Sequence record: KY555145.1
Length of the DNA stretch: 64,000 nt
Reading direction: 5' to 3' (one strand)
In this document: positions 51,929 through 59,990 of the stretch, piece by piece
Numbering within the stretch: the stretch's first letter is position 1
How the letters are laid out: every line of letters starts with the position of its first letter
Notes under the pieces: model-generated
The model's database searches: none
Told to the model about the DNA's origin: nothing
Seen by the model: only the letters and a program-made list of their open reading frames with translations
Made by a program: the position numbers and the translations under genes

Positions 51929-51956
51929 AAGTCACAGACTGTAGGTTTCATGACAA
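51929..51956 (+). repeat. AAGTCAY-N14-RTGAC motif, copy 1
   Basis: Matches 52235 and, reversed, 59723 and 62365. Confidence 0.7.
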
Positions 51957-51994
51957 GGTGAGATATTTCACAACGATTTCAAGGGCTTATTGCC

Positions 51995-52231
51995 ATGTCG
52001 CTCCGCACGTTCTTCCACGATCTGGCCGTCCGCTTCGTCGTTTTGGGGTGGATTTTTGCCCAAAAACCCCGAAAAACCCCTCCAAAAGGGCATAATTTTC
52101 AGCCCCATCCGCCGGCCCAGGCCCGAGACCCGGACGACATCCTGATCTGGTCGATCTCACTCGCGGCGGCGGCCGTCTGGTTCGCGCTCACAGTCAGGCC
52201 GATTCGTCAAGCCATCTCGACCACCGCCTGA
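51995..52231 (+). CDS. possible small membrane protein overlapping phased A/T tracts
   Basis: ORF track; no clear SD. Confidence 0.4.
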   Translation: MSLRTFFHDLAVRFVVLGWIFAQKPRKTPPKGHNFQPHPPAQARDPDDILIWSISLAAAAVWFALTVRPIRQAISTTA

Positions 52232-52234
52232 CCT

Positions 52235-52262
52235 AAGTCATAGACCGTGGGCTTCGTGACAG
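52235..52262 (+). repeat. AAGTCAY-N14-RTGAC motif, copy 2
   Basis: AAGTCAT AGACCGTGGGCTTC GTGAC. Confidence 0.7.
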
Positions 52263-52490
52263 GATCACGCTTTCGTTACCGCTCCAGCCCTTGTGAGGCC
52301 TCGGATGTTCGCCTTTCTCCGCCGGCTCAGCCTCGCCGCCGTCCATGGCGCGCTCTGGGCGATCCTGCTGGCGATGGTCGCCGTGGGCGGCCCGCGCCGC
52401 GCGCCCTAAAGCGCCATATCTGACGCATAAGGCCCTCTAAGGCCTCATCTGTGAGACATTCAACGCCCTCGTGTTCCTCTGAACGCGGGG

Positions 52491-52603
52491 GCGTTTTGAC
52501 GTCGGCGCGTTTTCGACTTGACGCGCGAGCGTTTTGACGCGGGCGCATTTTTGATTCGACGCGCGAGCGTTTTGACGTCCGCGCATTTTTCAACTTGACG
52601 TCG
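52491..52603 (+). repeat. about 3 degenerate copies of a 38-bp unit with phased T tracts
   Basis: Units start at 52491, 52529 and 52567 (GCGTTTTGACG...GACGCGCGA). Confidence 0.85.
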
Positions 52604-52623
52604 TTTCATTTACCGGGAGCGCC

Positions 52624-52820
52624 TTAGGGTTAACGCCGGCCGCCGAGCCCTGGGGCGATTTACCACCGCAGCGTTAACCTAACGCCTGTTAACCTATCGG
52701 TTGTTAAGGTTAACGCCCCGTTAGGGTTAACGCCCCGTTAGGGTTAACGCCCCTTAACCCTGCGCCCGTTAAGGTTAACGCGCCCCGGCCCCGGCCCAGG
52801 CCGCCGGCGTTAACCTTAAC
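52624..52820. repeat. GTTAAC cluster including the 17-bp tandem unit GGTTAACGCCCCGTTAG
   Basis: 8 GTTAAC sites; 17-mer at 52708, 52725 and partially at 52742. Confidence 0.85.
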
Positions 52821-52842
52821 CGCCAGACCCCCGCGCCCAGGC

Positions 52843-52878
52843 CATACCCGGTAGGGCCTGACGGCCCTACCGGGTATG
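52843..52878. repeat. perfect 16-bp hairpin
   Basis: CATACCCGGTAGGGCC-TGAC-GGCCCTACCGGGTATG. Confidence 0.9.
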
Positions 52879-52940
52879 ACTCCGCCCCGGCCGGGGCCAG
52901 GGACTCGCGCGGCGAGCCCGGCGCTGATTTGCGCCCCGCG

Positions 52941-53000
52941 TTTACGGTTTGTTAACGTCTGGCCTCTAGGGTCGCCCTTGTCCCGGCGCGATCCCGCGCC
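52941..53000 (+). promoter_or_regulatory. CtrA-box promoter with GATCCC-loop hairpin
   Basis: TTTA-CGGTTTG-TTAA-11-TAGGGT; GGCGC-GATCCC-GCGCC. Confidence 0.75.
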
Positions 53001-53019
53001 ATGCAAGGAGCCGCCCGCC

Positions 53020-53205
53020 ATGATCCCCGACTCGATCATGAACCCCCGCGACCATTTCCACCGCCTGCGCGAGGAAACCGCCCGCGCTCTGGTCGAGGCC
53101 TTCGCCGAAACCGACCCCGGCGAGGATTACCGCGCCGAAGAGAAGGCCGGCGCGTGGGTTGTCGCCTATTACGACGAGTCCGGCGCTTTCGTCGCCTATC
53201 TCTAG
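53020..53205 (+). CDS. small hypothetical protein (MIPDSIM...)
   Basis: AAGGAG RBS. Confidence 0.75.
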   Translation: MIPDSIMNPRDHFHRLREETARALVEAFAETDPGEDYRAEEKAGAWVVAYYDESGAFVAYL

Positions 53206-53228
53206 CCGCCTTCGCCCCTGGCGCCGCG

Positions 53229-53260
53229 TTAACGGTTTGTTAACATGTTGGCGCCAGGGT
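53229..53260 (+). promoter_or_regulatory. CtrA-box promoter
   Basis: TTAA-CGGTTTG-TTAAC-10-CAGGGT. Confidence 0.75.
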
Positions 53261-53303
53261 CGCCCTTGCCCGGCGCCGCCGCGCGCCTTCGGAGAAAAGC
53301 CCC

Positions 53304-54107
53304 ATGCTCTACACCCCCGCCGCTCGCCGCCTTCGCGCCTATCGCGAAACCGCCGCGAAGAACGCCGAAATTCACGCCCGCCCGCATATGGCCGGCAACG
53401 TCGCCGGCTATAACGAATCGGTTTGGCCGACGACGGCGCTAGGCGTCGCCGCCAAGGCCGGCGCCTTCAAGCGCCCCGAAACCGCCGGCAACTGGTCGGA
53501 AGATCGCAAGGCCTATCACGCCCCCGCGTGGCCGGCCGGCTGGCGCGTGCTGGGCACGGCCGAAGAGGTCTGCCGCAAGGAAGGATCGCGCCGGGTGGAA
53601 CATTCGGGATGGTACACGACGCCCGACGACTACAGCGCCACCCTTTCGGGCTATGTGCTGCAAATCCCCGCCCGCGACGGGGTCGCCCAATACGTCGCCG
53701 GGGTCGCCCATAGCGAGTTTGACAGGGTCACCGTCTACCCCTCGCGCCGTTTCGACAACCCGCTAGACGCGGCGAGCGCCGCCGACCAAATCGCCGAACG
53801 CGACGCCGAAGAGGAACGCGAATATCAAAGCGCGTGGCAAGCGGGCGTGCGCTTCGCCGAACTGGGCGCCGAGGTCAAGGAGGCCCGCGCCGAAGCCCTG
53901 GCGATCCTTGGCGAGCGCCGCAAGGTCAAGGGGCTGGAAACCCCCGCCTTGTGCGGCGCGATCCGGGCGCAAGTCGAGTCCTTGCTGGAGAAGATCGAAG
54001 AGGCCCGCGCCAAGCGCGACGCCCTGGCGCAAGGCAATGACCCCGGCCTCATGTTCTACCCCTCGCCGCGTCTGGTCGCGGCGTTCAATGAGGGGGCCGC
54101 GTCGTGA
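53304..54107 (+). CDS. hypothetical protein
   Basis: CTTCGGAG RBS; 267 aa. Confidence 0.8.
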   Translation: MLYTPAARRLRAYRETAAKNAEIHARPHMAGNVAGYNESVWPTTALGVAAKAGAFKRPETAGNWSEDRKAYHAPAWPAGWRVLGTAEEVCRKEGSRRVEHSGWYTTPDDYSATLSGYVLQIPARDGVAQYVAGVAHSEFDRVTVYPSRRFDNPLDAASAADQIAERDAEEEREYQSAWQAGVRFAELGAEVKEARAEALAILGERRKVKGLETPALCGAIRAQVESLLEKIEEARAKRDALAQGNDPGLMFYPSPRLVAAFNEGAAS

Positions 54108-54313
54108 GGGTCGCCCGCGATAGCTTCGCCGTGTTCTGGTCGCGTCCTGGCCAGAAATGGGGGTTTCACGCCGACATGAAACGGGCGCTTTACCCGACCC
54201 CCAAAGCCGCCGCCGACGCCTTCCGCGTCATGTTCCCGCGTGACGTGGTTCGGAGCGTCCGCGACGCTTCCGGCCGCTTCCTCGCCTTCAAGGAGTCCGC
54301 CCCGTGCGCCTGA
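54104..54313 (+). CDS. hypothetical protein
   Basis: GTGA overlap; GAGGG upstream. Confidence 0.65.
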   Translation: MRVARDSFAVFWSRPGQKWGFHADMKRALYPTPKAAADAFRVMFPRDVVRSVRDASGRFLAFKESAPCA

Positions 54314-54585
54314 TCAGCTACAACGTCAACGGAACCGGTTTCAAGGGCGGCTCTGCCCCGCCCGCCCCATGCCCTGGCCTCGCCGGTCACGCCGACGACG
54401 CGGGGCTATGGGTTCCCGACCGTGAGACGGTCGCCGCGCTTCTCCCCCGGCGCTGGCGCCACGCCTTCGCCCGCGCGGCGTTTTGGTATGACGCCCGCGA
54501 CAACAAAAAGCCTTGCCGCGCCGACCTCTACGACGCGCGCGGCCGGTACCTGACTCAGGTCTGGGCGCATCCGGTTTTCGCCTGA
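54304..54585 (+). CDS. hypothetical protein
   Basis: GTG after AAGGAG. Confidence 0.7.
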   Translation: MRLISYNVNGTGFKGGSAPPAPCPGLAGHADDAGLWVPDRETVAALLPRRWRHAFARAAFWYDARDNKKPCRADLYDARGRYLTQVWAHPVFA

Positions 54586-54591
54586 CCAGAC

Positions 54592-54617
54592 GCCCCGGAA
54601 AATCTTCCGGGGCATTT
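54592..54617 (+). terminator. probable terminator abutting a CtrA box
   Basis: GCCCCGGAA-AATC-TTCCGGGGC-ATTT. Confidence 0.6.
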
Positions 54618-54674
54618 ACCTTTTGTTAAGGAATGGCCTCTAGGTTAGCCCTTGCCGCCGGGCAATCCCGCCCG
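54615..54674 (+). promoter_or_regulatory. CtrA-box promoter with AATCCC-loop hairpin
   Basis: TTTA-CCTTTTG-TTAA-11-TAGGTT; CGGGC-AATCCC-GCCCG. Confidence 0.75.
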
Positions 54675-54694
54675 CCGCTTCGGAGTTTCGGCCC

Positions 54695-55213
54695 ATGCCT
54701 CAATTCGTTCTGGACACGTCGGGCCAAGTCGCCCCGCCCGCTTCGGCCAAGCTTTGGCCCTATCCCCTCGCTTGGGATCAACTGAGCCCCTTCGCGCAAG
54801 GCTATATCGAGGCCCTGTTTTTCACCGAATCGTCGCTGGCCTATAATCGCGCCGAATGGTTCGGCGCCGAGTGTCAAGAGGCCTTGGAGGAAGGCACGTC
54901 GGGCGGGAACATTCCGGGCGACGTCGGGTTTTCCGACCTCGCGCCCGACACCCTCAACCGCATCTTGAACGATTGCGCCCGCTTCCAACGCGAGCACGCC
55001 GACACCCTGGCCAAGGCCTATAACCACGGGGGCGACGCGGGCGACTATGACGAAACCGCCGCCGGCCGTGATTACTGGTACACCCGCAACGGCCATGGCG
55101 TCGGGTTCTGGGATCGCGGCCTAGGCGAGATTGGCGAGGCCCTGGCCAGCGCCGCCCGCTACAGCGAACAAAACGCCTCTTTTGAAGAGGACGGAAAAGT
55201 CTACCTCTCTTAA
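54695..55213 (+). CDS. conserved phage hypothetical protein (TRNGHG.GFWDR motif)
   Basis: CTTCGGAG RBS; AGRDYWYTRNGHGVGFWDRG. Confidence 0.8.
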   Translation: MPQFVLDTSGQVAPPASAKLWPYPLAWDQLSPFAQGYIEALFFTESSLAYNRAEWFGAECQEALEEGTSGGNIPGDVGFSDLAPDTLNRILNDCARFQREHADTLAKAYNHGGDAGDYDETAAGRDYWYTRNGHGVGFWDRGLGEIGEALASAARYSEQNASFEEDGKVYLS

Positions 55214-55273
55214 CCTTTTGTTAAGACTTGTCCTCTAGGTTTGACTTCGCCGCCGGGCAATCCCGCCCGGCGG
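55210..55273 (+). promoter_or_regulatory. CtrA-box promoter with AATCCC-loop hairpin
   Basis: TTAA-CCTTTTG-TTAA-11-TAGGTT; CCGCCGGGC-AATCCC-GCCCGGCGG. Confidence 0.8.
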
Positions 55274-55296
55274 TCCTCTTCTCAGGATCGCCCCTT

Positions 55297-56349
55297 ATGA
55301 CCTCTCATTCCATGGTTGCGCACCGTTGGGCGCAGGACGACGAGAACGGCCGCACCGCGCGCGGCTTCAACATGTATTTCGAGCGCTACGGACGCGGCGC
55401 CGACCGCGTCAACGTGATTTTTTCCTACGGGACTCACTTCCCGGCCGCCGCCTTCGTGACCGACGCGCACGGCCGCCGCGTGGTCCTCTACACGACGCGC
55501 CGCCGGAGCGTTTCGACCGCGAAACACCTTTCGCATATCCGCTACGCTATCCCGTCGGGCGTGCCGGTGTTTTCCGTGCCGAACGTGTCGCGGATGCACA
55601 AGCCGGGCGGCGCGGGCGACTTCCACGGGGACAACCTGCGCGCCTATATCGAGAGCGCCGCCGGCCTCGCCGAAAAGGCCAAGCGCGCCCGCGTCAACGG
55701 CCCTTGGCTGCTTAGCCAAGCCCGCGACCAACTCGCCGAAGCGCAACGCTACGCCGACGCCTTCAAGGTCAAGGGCTTCAAGGTCCCGGCCTTGGAAGAC
55801 GTCGCCGGCCAATGGGCGAAGATGACGGCCGCCAAGGCGCGGGCCGAAGCCAAGGCCCGCAAGGAAGCCGAAAAGCGCGCCCGCGAAGCCCGCGAAGCCG
55901 AACGGCTCGCCGACGCCGAAGCCTTCGCCGCGTGGATGCGCGGCGAGCGCCAGAGCGCCCCGTTTAGCTACCGGGTGCGCGATGACGGGACCGTCTATCT
56001 TCGCCGCTTCCGGGGCGTGGTCCGCGACCTGCGCAGCCAAGAGCGCGACGGCTCGCGCGTCGATGAACTGCAAACCTCGCAAGGCGCGGCCGTGCCGTGG
56101 GAACACGCGGTCAAGGCCTTCCGGTTCATCAAGCTTTGCCGCGAACGCGGCGAGAGCTTCCACCGCAACGGCCGGGTGATTCGCGTCGGACACTTCCAAG
56201 TTGACGCGATCAGCCCGAACGGGGACATGACGGCCGGTTGCCACCGGTTCGCGTGGGATGAAATCGAACGCATCGCCAGGGCCGAAGGGGTTTTCGACCT
56301 CCCCGCCGACGCTGGCGCCGTCGAAACCCGGCAAGCCGAACCGGCCTAA
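55297..56349 (+). CDS. 350-aa hypothetical protein (MTSHSMV...)
   Basis: ATG after AGGATCG. Confidence 0.8.
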   Translation: MTSHSMVAHRWAQDDENGRTARGFNMYFERYGRGADRVNVIFSYGTHFPAAAFVTDAHGRRVVLYTTRRRSVSTAKHLSHIRYAIPSGVPVFSVPNVSRMHKPGGAGDFHGDNLRAYIESAAGLAEKAKRARVNGPWLLSQARDQLAEAQRYADAFKVKGFKVPALEDVAGQWAKMTAAKARAEAKARKEAEKRAREAREAERLADAEAFAAWMRGERQSAPFSYRVRDDGTVYLRRFRGVVRDLRSQERDGSRVDELQTSQGAAVPWEHAVKAFRFIKLCRERGESFHRNGRVIRVGHFQVDAISPNGDMTAGCHRFAWDEIERIARAEGVFDLPADAGAVETRQAEPA

Positions 56350-56366
56350 GCCTCCCCGCCCCTCTC

Positions 56367-56393
56367 GCGCCCCGGCTCCCCGCCGGGGCGTTT
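56367..56393 (+). terminator. rho-independent terminator
   Basis: CGCCCGGC-TCCCC-GCCGGGGCG-TTTT. Confidence 0.6.
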
Positions 56394-56404
56394 TCGTGTA
56401 CGCG

Positions 56405-56469
56405 GTAACCTTTTGTTAACTTCTGGCTTCTAGGGTGACTTTCGCCGCCGGGCAATCCCGCCCGCCGGC
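56405..56469 (+). promoter_or_regulatory. CtrA-box promoter with AATCCC-loop hairpin
   Basis: GTAA-CCTTTTG-TTAA-11-TAGGGT; GCCG-C-CGGGC-AATCCC-GCCCG-C-CGGC. Confidence 0.75.
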
Positions 56470-56484
56470 CAAGGATCGCAGACT

Positions 56485-56784
56485 ATGAATCTTTTCGTTG
56501 TCGCCATTGACCCCGCCCTCATCCCTTCGGCCGCCGGCTTCGTGGTCGCCTCCCCCTACGGGTGCGGCAAGTGGCGCGCGTGCGTCGGGAGCGAGGCGGA
56601 CATGATCGCGCTTCGCGACAAGATGCGCCGCGCGCACCCGGCCCCGGAAGGCTACAGCGTCCAGCCCCTGGCGTCGTTCCTGGCCTATCTGGAGACGGTC
56701 GGGCAAAGCCCCTACGACCAGTTTCGCGCCCGCGACGCCGCCGCCCGCATCCTTGACACCCTGACAACGCACCTCGCCGCCTAG
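56485..56784 (+). CDS. hypothetical protein
   Basis: ATG after AAGGATCG. Confidence 0.75.
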   Translation: MNLFVVAIDPALIPSAAGFVVASPYGCGKWRACVGSEADMIALRDKMRRAHPAPEGYSVQPLASFLAYLETVGQSPYDQFRARDAAARILDTLTTHLAA

Positions 56785-56790
56785 TCCCGC

Positions 56791-56820
56791 CGCCCCCGGC
56801 CGCGCGCCGGGGGCGCTTTT
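56791..56820 (+). terminator. terminator-like hairpin
   Basis: CGCCCCCGGC-CGCGC-GCCGGGGGCG-CTTTT. Confidence 0.65.
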
Positions 56821-56841
56821 CCCTCGAAAGGATCGCCGACC

Positions 56842-57150
56842 ATGACAACCCGTCTTATCGCCGTGCGCGGCCCGACCGCCGCCGAACTCGCCGACCCGTC
56901 CAGCCGCGCGGGCGGCGCCGAAGTCGTTTTCGAGCGGCGCGACCGCGAAGGCCGCACGCGCCTTGTGTTCGCCGCGACCTGCTACGGCTCATATCAGCAA
57001 TGGGGCGAAACCCGCGACGTGCTCGCCGACAACGTCGAGGCGGTCACGCTCTGGGCCGAAGGCATGGCGGCCGTTGCCGCCCTCATCGACGAGAGCGACG
57101 ACGACGAGGGCGACGACGCCCCGGCCGAAGATGACGACGGGGAGGCGTGA
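56842..57150 (+). CDS. hypothetical protein with acidic tail
   Basis: ATG after AAGGATCG. Confidence 0.75.
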   Translation: MTTRLIAVRGPTAAELADPSSRAGGAEVVFERRDREGRTRLVFAATCYGSYQQWGETRDVLADNVEAVTLWAEGMAAVAALIDESDDDEGDDAPAEDDDGEA

Positions 57151-57153
57151 GCC

Positions 57154-57573
57154 ATGCGCACAACCAAGGCTCAACGCTTCGCCGCCATCGCCTTTGACGC
57201 CCTGGCCAAGGCCCTAAGCGAGCCGCGCCAAGCCGTCGCCCGCGTGACCAAATGGGAGGGCGCGGGCCATAGCTTCGCCAACCTGCAACGCGATTATGAG
57301 CGGTACGGCCCCGGCGCCCGCTCATGGTTCGGCCGGGCTGAAATGCGCTTCTTTGGGACGCGCCTAGAGGCCGCGCCGCTGGATTTCCCGGCGCTGGGCT
57401 GCACCCTCTTTCTGACCTCCGAAACCCCGCCCGGCGCCGGCCGGGTCTGGACCCTTCGCGCCTATGTCTGGGCTTCGGCCGATATCACCACGCTAACCCA
57501 TGGCGACGAAACCGACGCGGCGACCGCGCAAGCGGCCTTTGACCTGCTTTGGCGGGTCCTTTCGCAGCGGTAA
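57154..57573 (+). CDS. conserved phage hypothetical protein (WF...MRFFGTR...FLTSE motif)
   Basis: GGGAGG RBS. Confidence 0.75.
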   Translation: MRTTKAQRFAAIAFDALAKALSEPRQAVARVTKWEGAGHSFANLQRDYERYGPGARSWFGRAEMRFFGTRLEAAPLDFPALGCTLFLTSETPPGAGRVWTLRAYVWASADITTLTHGDETDAATAQAAFDLLWRVLSQR

Positions 57574-57633
57574 CCTTTTGTTAACTTCTGCCCGCTAGGG
57601 TCTTCTTGCGGCCGGGCAATCCCGCCCGGCCGC
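57570..57633 (+). promoter_or_regulatory. CtrA-box promoter with AATCCC-loop hairpin
   Basis: GTAA-CCTTTTG-TTAA-11-TAGGGT; perfect GCGGCCGGGC-AATCCC-GCCCGGCCGC. Confidence 0.8.
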
Positions 57634-57649
57634 TCAAGGATTGGATCGC

Positions 57650-57922
57650 ATGACCCGCGCTCAAGCCCTCGCCGACATGAACGCCCTTCCCGGTATCATC
57701 GCCTCCTTTGAGCGCGAGACGGGTGAATATCGCGTCACCCTGCGCTTTGGCCTGCTCCCCATGGGGCGCGGCGCCCAAGAGTGGATGCACGCGCGCCGCG
57801 AAGCCGTCGCCAGCTACAGCGACGACAAGGCCGACGCCCTGGCCACCGCCCGCGACATGTCCGCCCGCTGGGAGGCGATGAGCGCCGAAGAGCGTTCGCG
57901 CCTCTATCACAACCCCGCCTAA
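57650..57922 (+). CDS. hypothetical protein (MTRAQ...)
   Basis: ATG after AAGGATTGGATCG. Confidence 0.75.
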   Translation: MTRAQALADMNALPGIIASFERETGEYRVTLRFGLLPMGRGAQEWMHARREAVASYSDDKADALATARDMSARWEAMSAEERSRLYHNPA

Positions 57923-57987
57923 AGCCCCCGCGCCGCCCTGGCCTTCGCCGGGGCGGCTCCCTCAACCCCTCGCAAGGATCGCACCCC

Positions 57988-58272
57988 ATGACCGCCCGTA
58001 AGCCCCTGACCAAGGAACAAAAGGCCCGCCGCCGCGCGACCCGTCGCGCCGCCCGCCTCAACTGGTCGGATGAGCGCCGCGCCCGCGAATTCGAGCGTCA
58101 AGCCCGCTTCTTCCTGATGATCGCCACCCGCGCCCAAGGCGCCGGCCAAGGCCGGGAAGCCGCCCGCCTCGCCACGGCCGCACAACGCAAGGTGACTAGC
58201 TGGCGCATGGCGCAAGCCTGCGCCCGAATTAACGCCCTGGCCGCGCATCCTTGGGCGGGGGTCGCCGCCTGA
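57988..58272 (+). CDS. Arg/Ala-rich basic protein (MTARKPL...), copy A
   Basis: ATG after AAGGATCG. Confidence 0.75.
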   Translation: MTARKPLTKEQKARRRATRRAARLNWSDERRAREFERQARFFLMIATRAQGAGQGREAARLATAAQRKVTSWRMAQACARINALAAHPWAGVAA

Positions 58273-58454
58273 TGGCCCGCCGCGTCCGCTACATGCCGTC
58301 CGAAGCTCTGGACCTCGCCGACGCGCTCGGCGAGGGGCTGGACCTCGTCAAGGCGATGAGCGAGGCCCGCCGCGCGGGCGCGCCGATCGCCGACACCCTC
58401 GCCGCCCTCGAAGACTGGGCTTTAACCGCCGTCAACCTCATCGAAGAGGACTAA
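58272..58454 (+). CDS. small hypothetical protein (MARRVRY...), copy A
   Basis: TGATG overlap. Confidence 0.7.
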   Translation: MARRVRYMPSEALDLADALGEGLDLVKAMSEARRAGAPIADTLAALEDWALTAVNLIEED

Positions 58455-58459
58455 ACCCG

Positions 58460-58642
58460 ATGACGCACCCTCACGCCCTGGCGCTGATCGCCCTCGCGGA
58501 AAAGGTGTTGCCGCTTACCCGGCTGCACCCGCTGGACCAACGCGCCGCCGCCGTCGATCTAATCGGCGACCTCTACGCCCTCGCCGACTCCATCGACGCC
58601 GACCCGCAACCCGCCGCCTTGGCGCAACCGAAGGCCGCCTAA
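58460..58642 (+). CDS. small hypothetical protein (MTHPHA...), copy A
   Basis: AGAGGA RBS. Confidence 0.75.
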   Translation: MTHPHALALIALAEKVLPLTRLHPLDQRAAAVDLIGDLYALADSIDADPQPAALAQPKAA

Positions 58643-58645
58643 GCC

Positions 58646-59230
58646 ATGACCGCACGCCCGACCCCCGCCGCCCTTCTCGCCGCGTCCGACACCCTGGCGA
58701 ATTATCTTCGCGGTTCCGCCTCGCATCGCGCCTATCCGGCGCCGGTTCTCGCCGCCCTCGAAGTGCTCGAAGATGAGGGCGCAACCGGCGCCTTTGAGCG
58801 AGGCGACCCGGACTCCGAGCCGACCCCCGGCGCCCTGAAGCTCCTAGCCGGCATGGTTTCGGCCGCCGCGTCCAATGAGGCCGAAATCATCGCCGCGAAC
58901 CTGACCAAATCGGCGACACTGGCCGAAGCCGTGGCCAGTTATGACGCGATGAGCGATCTTGCCGCATGGCTGGAATACCAAGGCGAGGACGCCGCCGCCG
59001 ACGAAATGCGCGGCTATTATCTCCCTCTGGAGGGCGAAGTGAACGCCGCCCGCGCGACGGGGGAAGCCCTCGCCGCCGCGATCAAGCCCGACCCGGACGC
59101 CATGTCACGTCTAACGCAATCGCTCGCCGAATTCGTCGGACCCTCGCGCGCCCTGCAAATCGTTGGCGAACTCCCCGCCGCCCTCAATGACGCGGACCTG
59201 ATTCTAGTCCGCAAGCCCAAGGAGGCTTAG
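58646..59230 (+). CDS. hypothetical protein (MTARPT...), allele A
   Basis: Distantly similar to 61191..61781. Confidence 0.75.
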   Translation: MTARPTPAALLAASDTLANYLRGSASHRAYPAPVLAALEVLEDEGATGAFERGDPDSEPTPGALKLLAGMVSAAASNEAEIIAANLTKSATLAEAVASYDAMSDLAAWLEYQGEDAAADEMRGYYLPLEGEVNAARATGEALAAAIKPDPDAMSRLTQSLAEFVGPSRALQIVGELPAALNDADLILVRKPKEA

Positions 59231-59233
59231 ACC

Positions 59234-59722
59234 ATGCCCCGCGACGTTTCCCGCTTCGCCACCCCTGAAAAGATCATCGGGGGTTACCTCATGACCGCCC
59301 AACGCGACGGGGCCATGACTGAGGCCGCCGACGTCATCGCCACCCTAGAGGCGGCCGGCTATGTGATCGCCCGCCGCCGCGACGTCTACACCGACTCCGG
59401 GGTCAAGTTGGGCGACGCCCTGGCGGCGCTTTACGACGCCGTTCCTAACTACGCCGTGCGCTCGCAACGGCTCGCCGACGCCCTGACCCCGGCGCGGGAT
59501 TACGTCTATCAACCCCGGTTCCGGGTTAAGTTGGACGCCGCCCCCGGCGCGCGCCTGACTGACTGCGAAACCGGCGCGTGCGTCTATTTCCAGCCCGGTG
59601 ACGACGCCGAAGCCTTCCGCGCCCTCTTCGCCCCCTGGCTTCGCGATAACGACGAGACGGGCGACGGTAAGGCCCTGGCCTCGATGATGAACGCCACGGC
59701 CGAAGAATACTTTTCCGGCTAA
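59234..59722 (+). CDS. hypothetical protein (MPRDVS...), copy A
   Basis: AAGGAGG RBS; homologous to 61786. Confidence 0.8.
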   Translation: MPRDVSRFATPEKIIGGYLMTAQRDGAMTEAADVIATLEAAGYVIARRRDVYTDSGVKLGDALAALYDAVPNYAVRSQRLADALTPARDYVYQPRFRVKLDAAPGARLTDCETGACVYFQPGDDAEAFRALFAPWLRDNDETGDGKALASMMNATAEEYFSG

Positions 59723-59817
59723 GTCATCATTCCTACCGTCTATGACTTGTCACCGGCCGAACTCTTGCCCGGTGACAGTCTGGGCAAGTAAAGCTCACTC
59801 TGGATTTTATGACTTAG
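59719..59817. other. structured intergenic element with reversed GTCAY-N14-RTGAC motif and nested inverted repeats
   Basis: CTAAGTCAT (59719) / ATGACTTAG (59809); TGTCACCGG...CCGGTGACA; repeated at 62361-62459. Confidence 0.6.
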
Positions 59818-59903
59818 CGCAAAGGATTGAAATTGCTCGAAAAATTCCTAGAAGCTCACAAAGTCGTTTTCTGGCTGCTCTTGCTGGCCTGTTTGTGGCG
59901 CTT

Positions 59904-59969
59904 TTAACGGTTTGTTAACCCCTGGCCCTCTAGGGTCGAATTCCCGGCGCGGCAATCCCGCCGCCCCGG
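59904..59969 (+). promoter_or_regulatory. CtrA-box promoter with AATCCC-loop hairpin (covariant stem)
   Basis: TTAA-CGGTTTG-TTAA-12-TAGGGT; CCGG-C-GCGGC-AATCCC-GCCGC-C-CCGG. Confidence 0.8.
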
Positions 59970-59990
59970 CCTTCCTTCGGAGCTTCCAAA

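Noticed and set aside
52624-52743. TTAGGG telomere-like repeats
   Set aside because: Only three copies, embedded in the GGTTAAC units and explained by them.
51507-53039. ORFs 51507..51755, 51592..52095, 52327..52593 and 52710..53039
   Set aside because: They are translations of repeat arrays with periodic low-complexity products.
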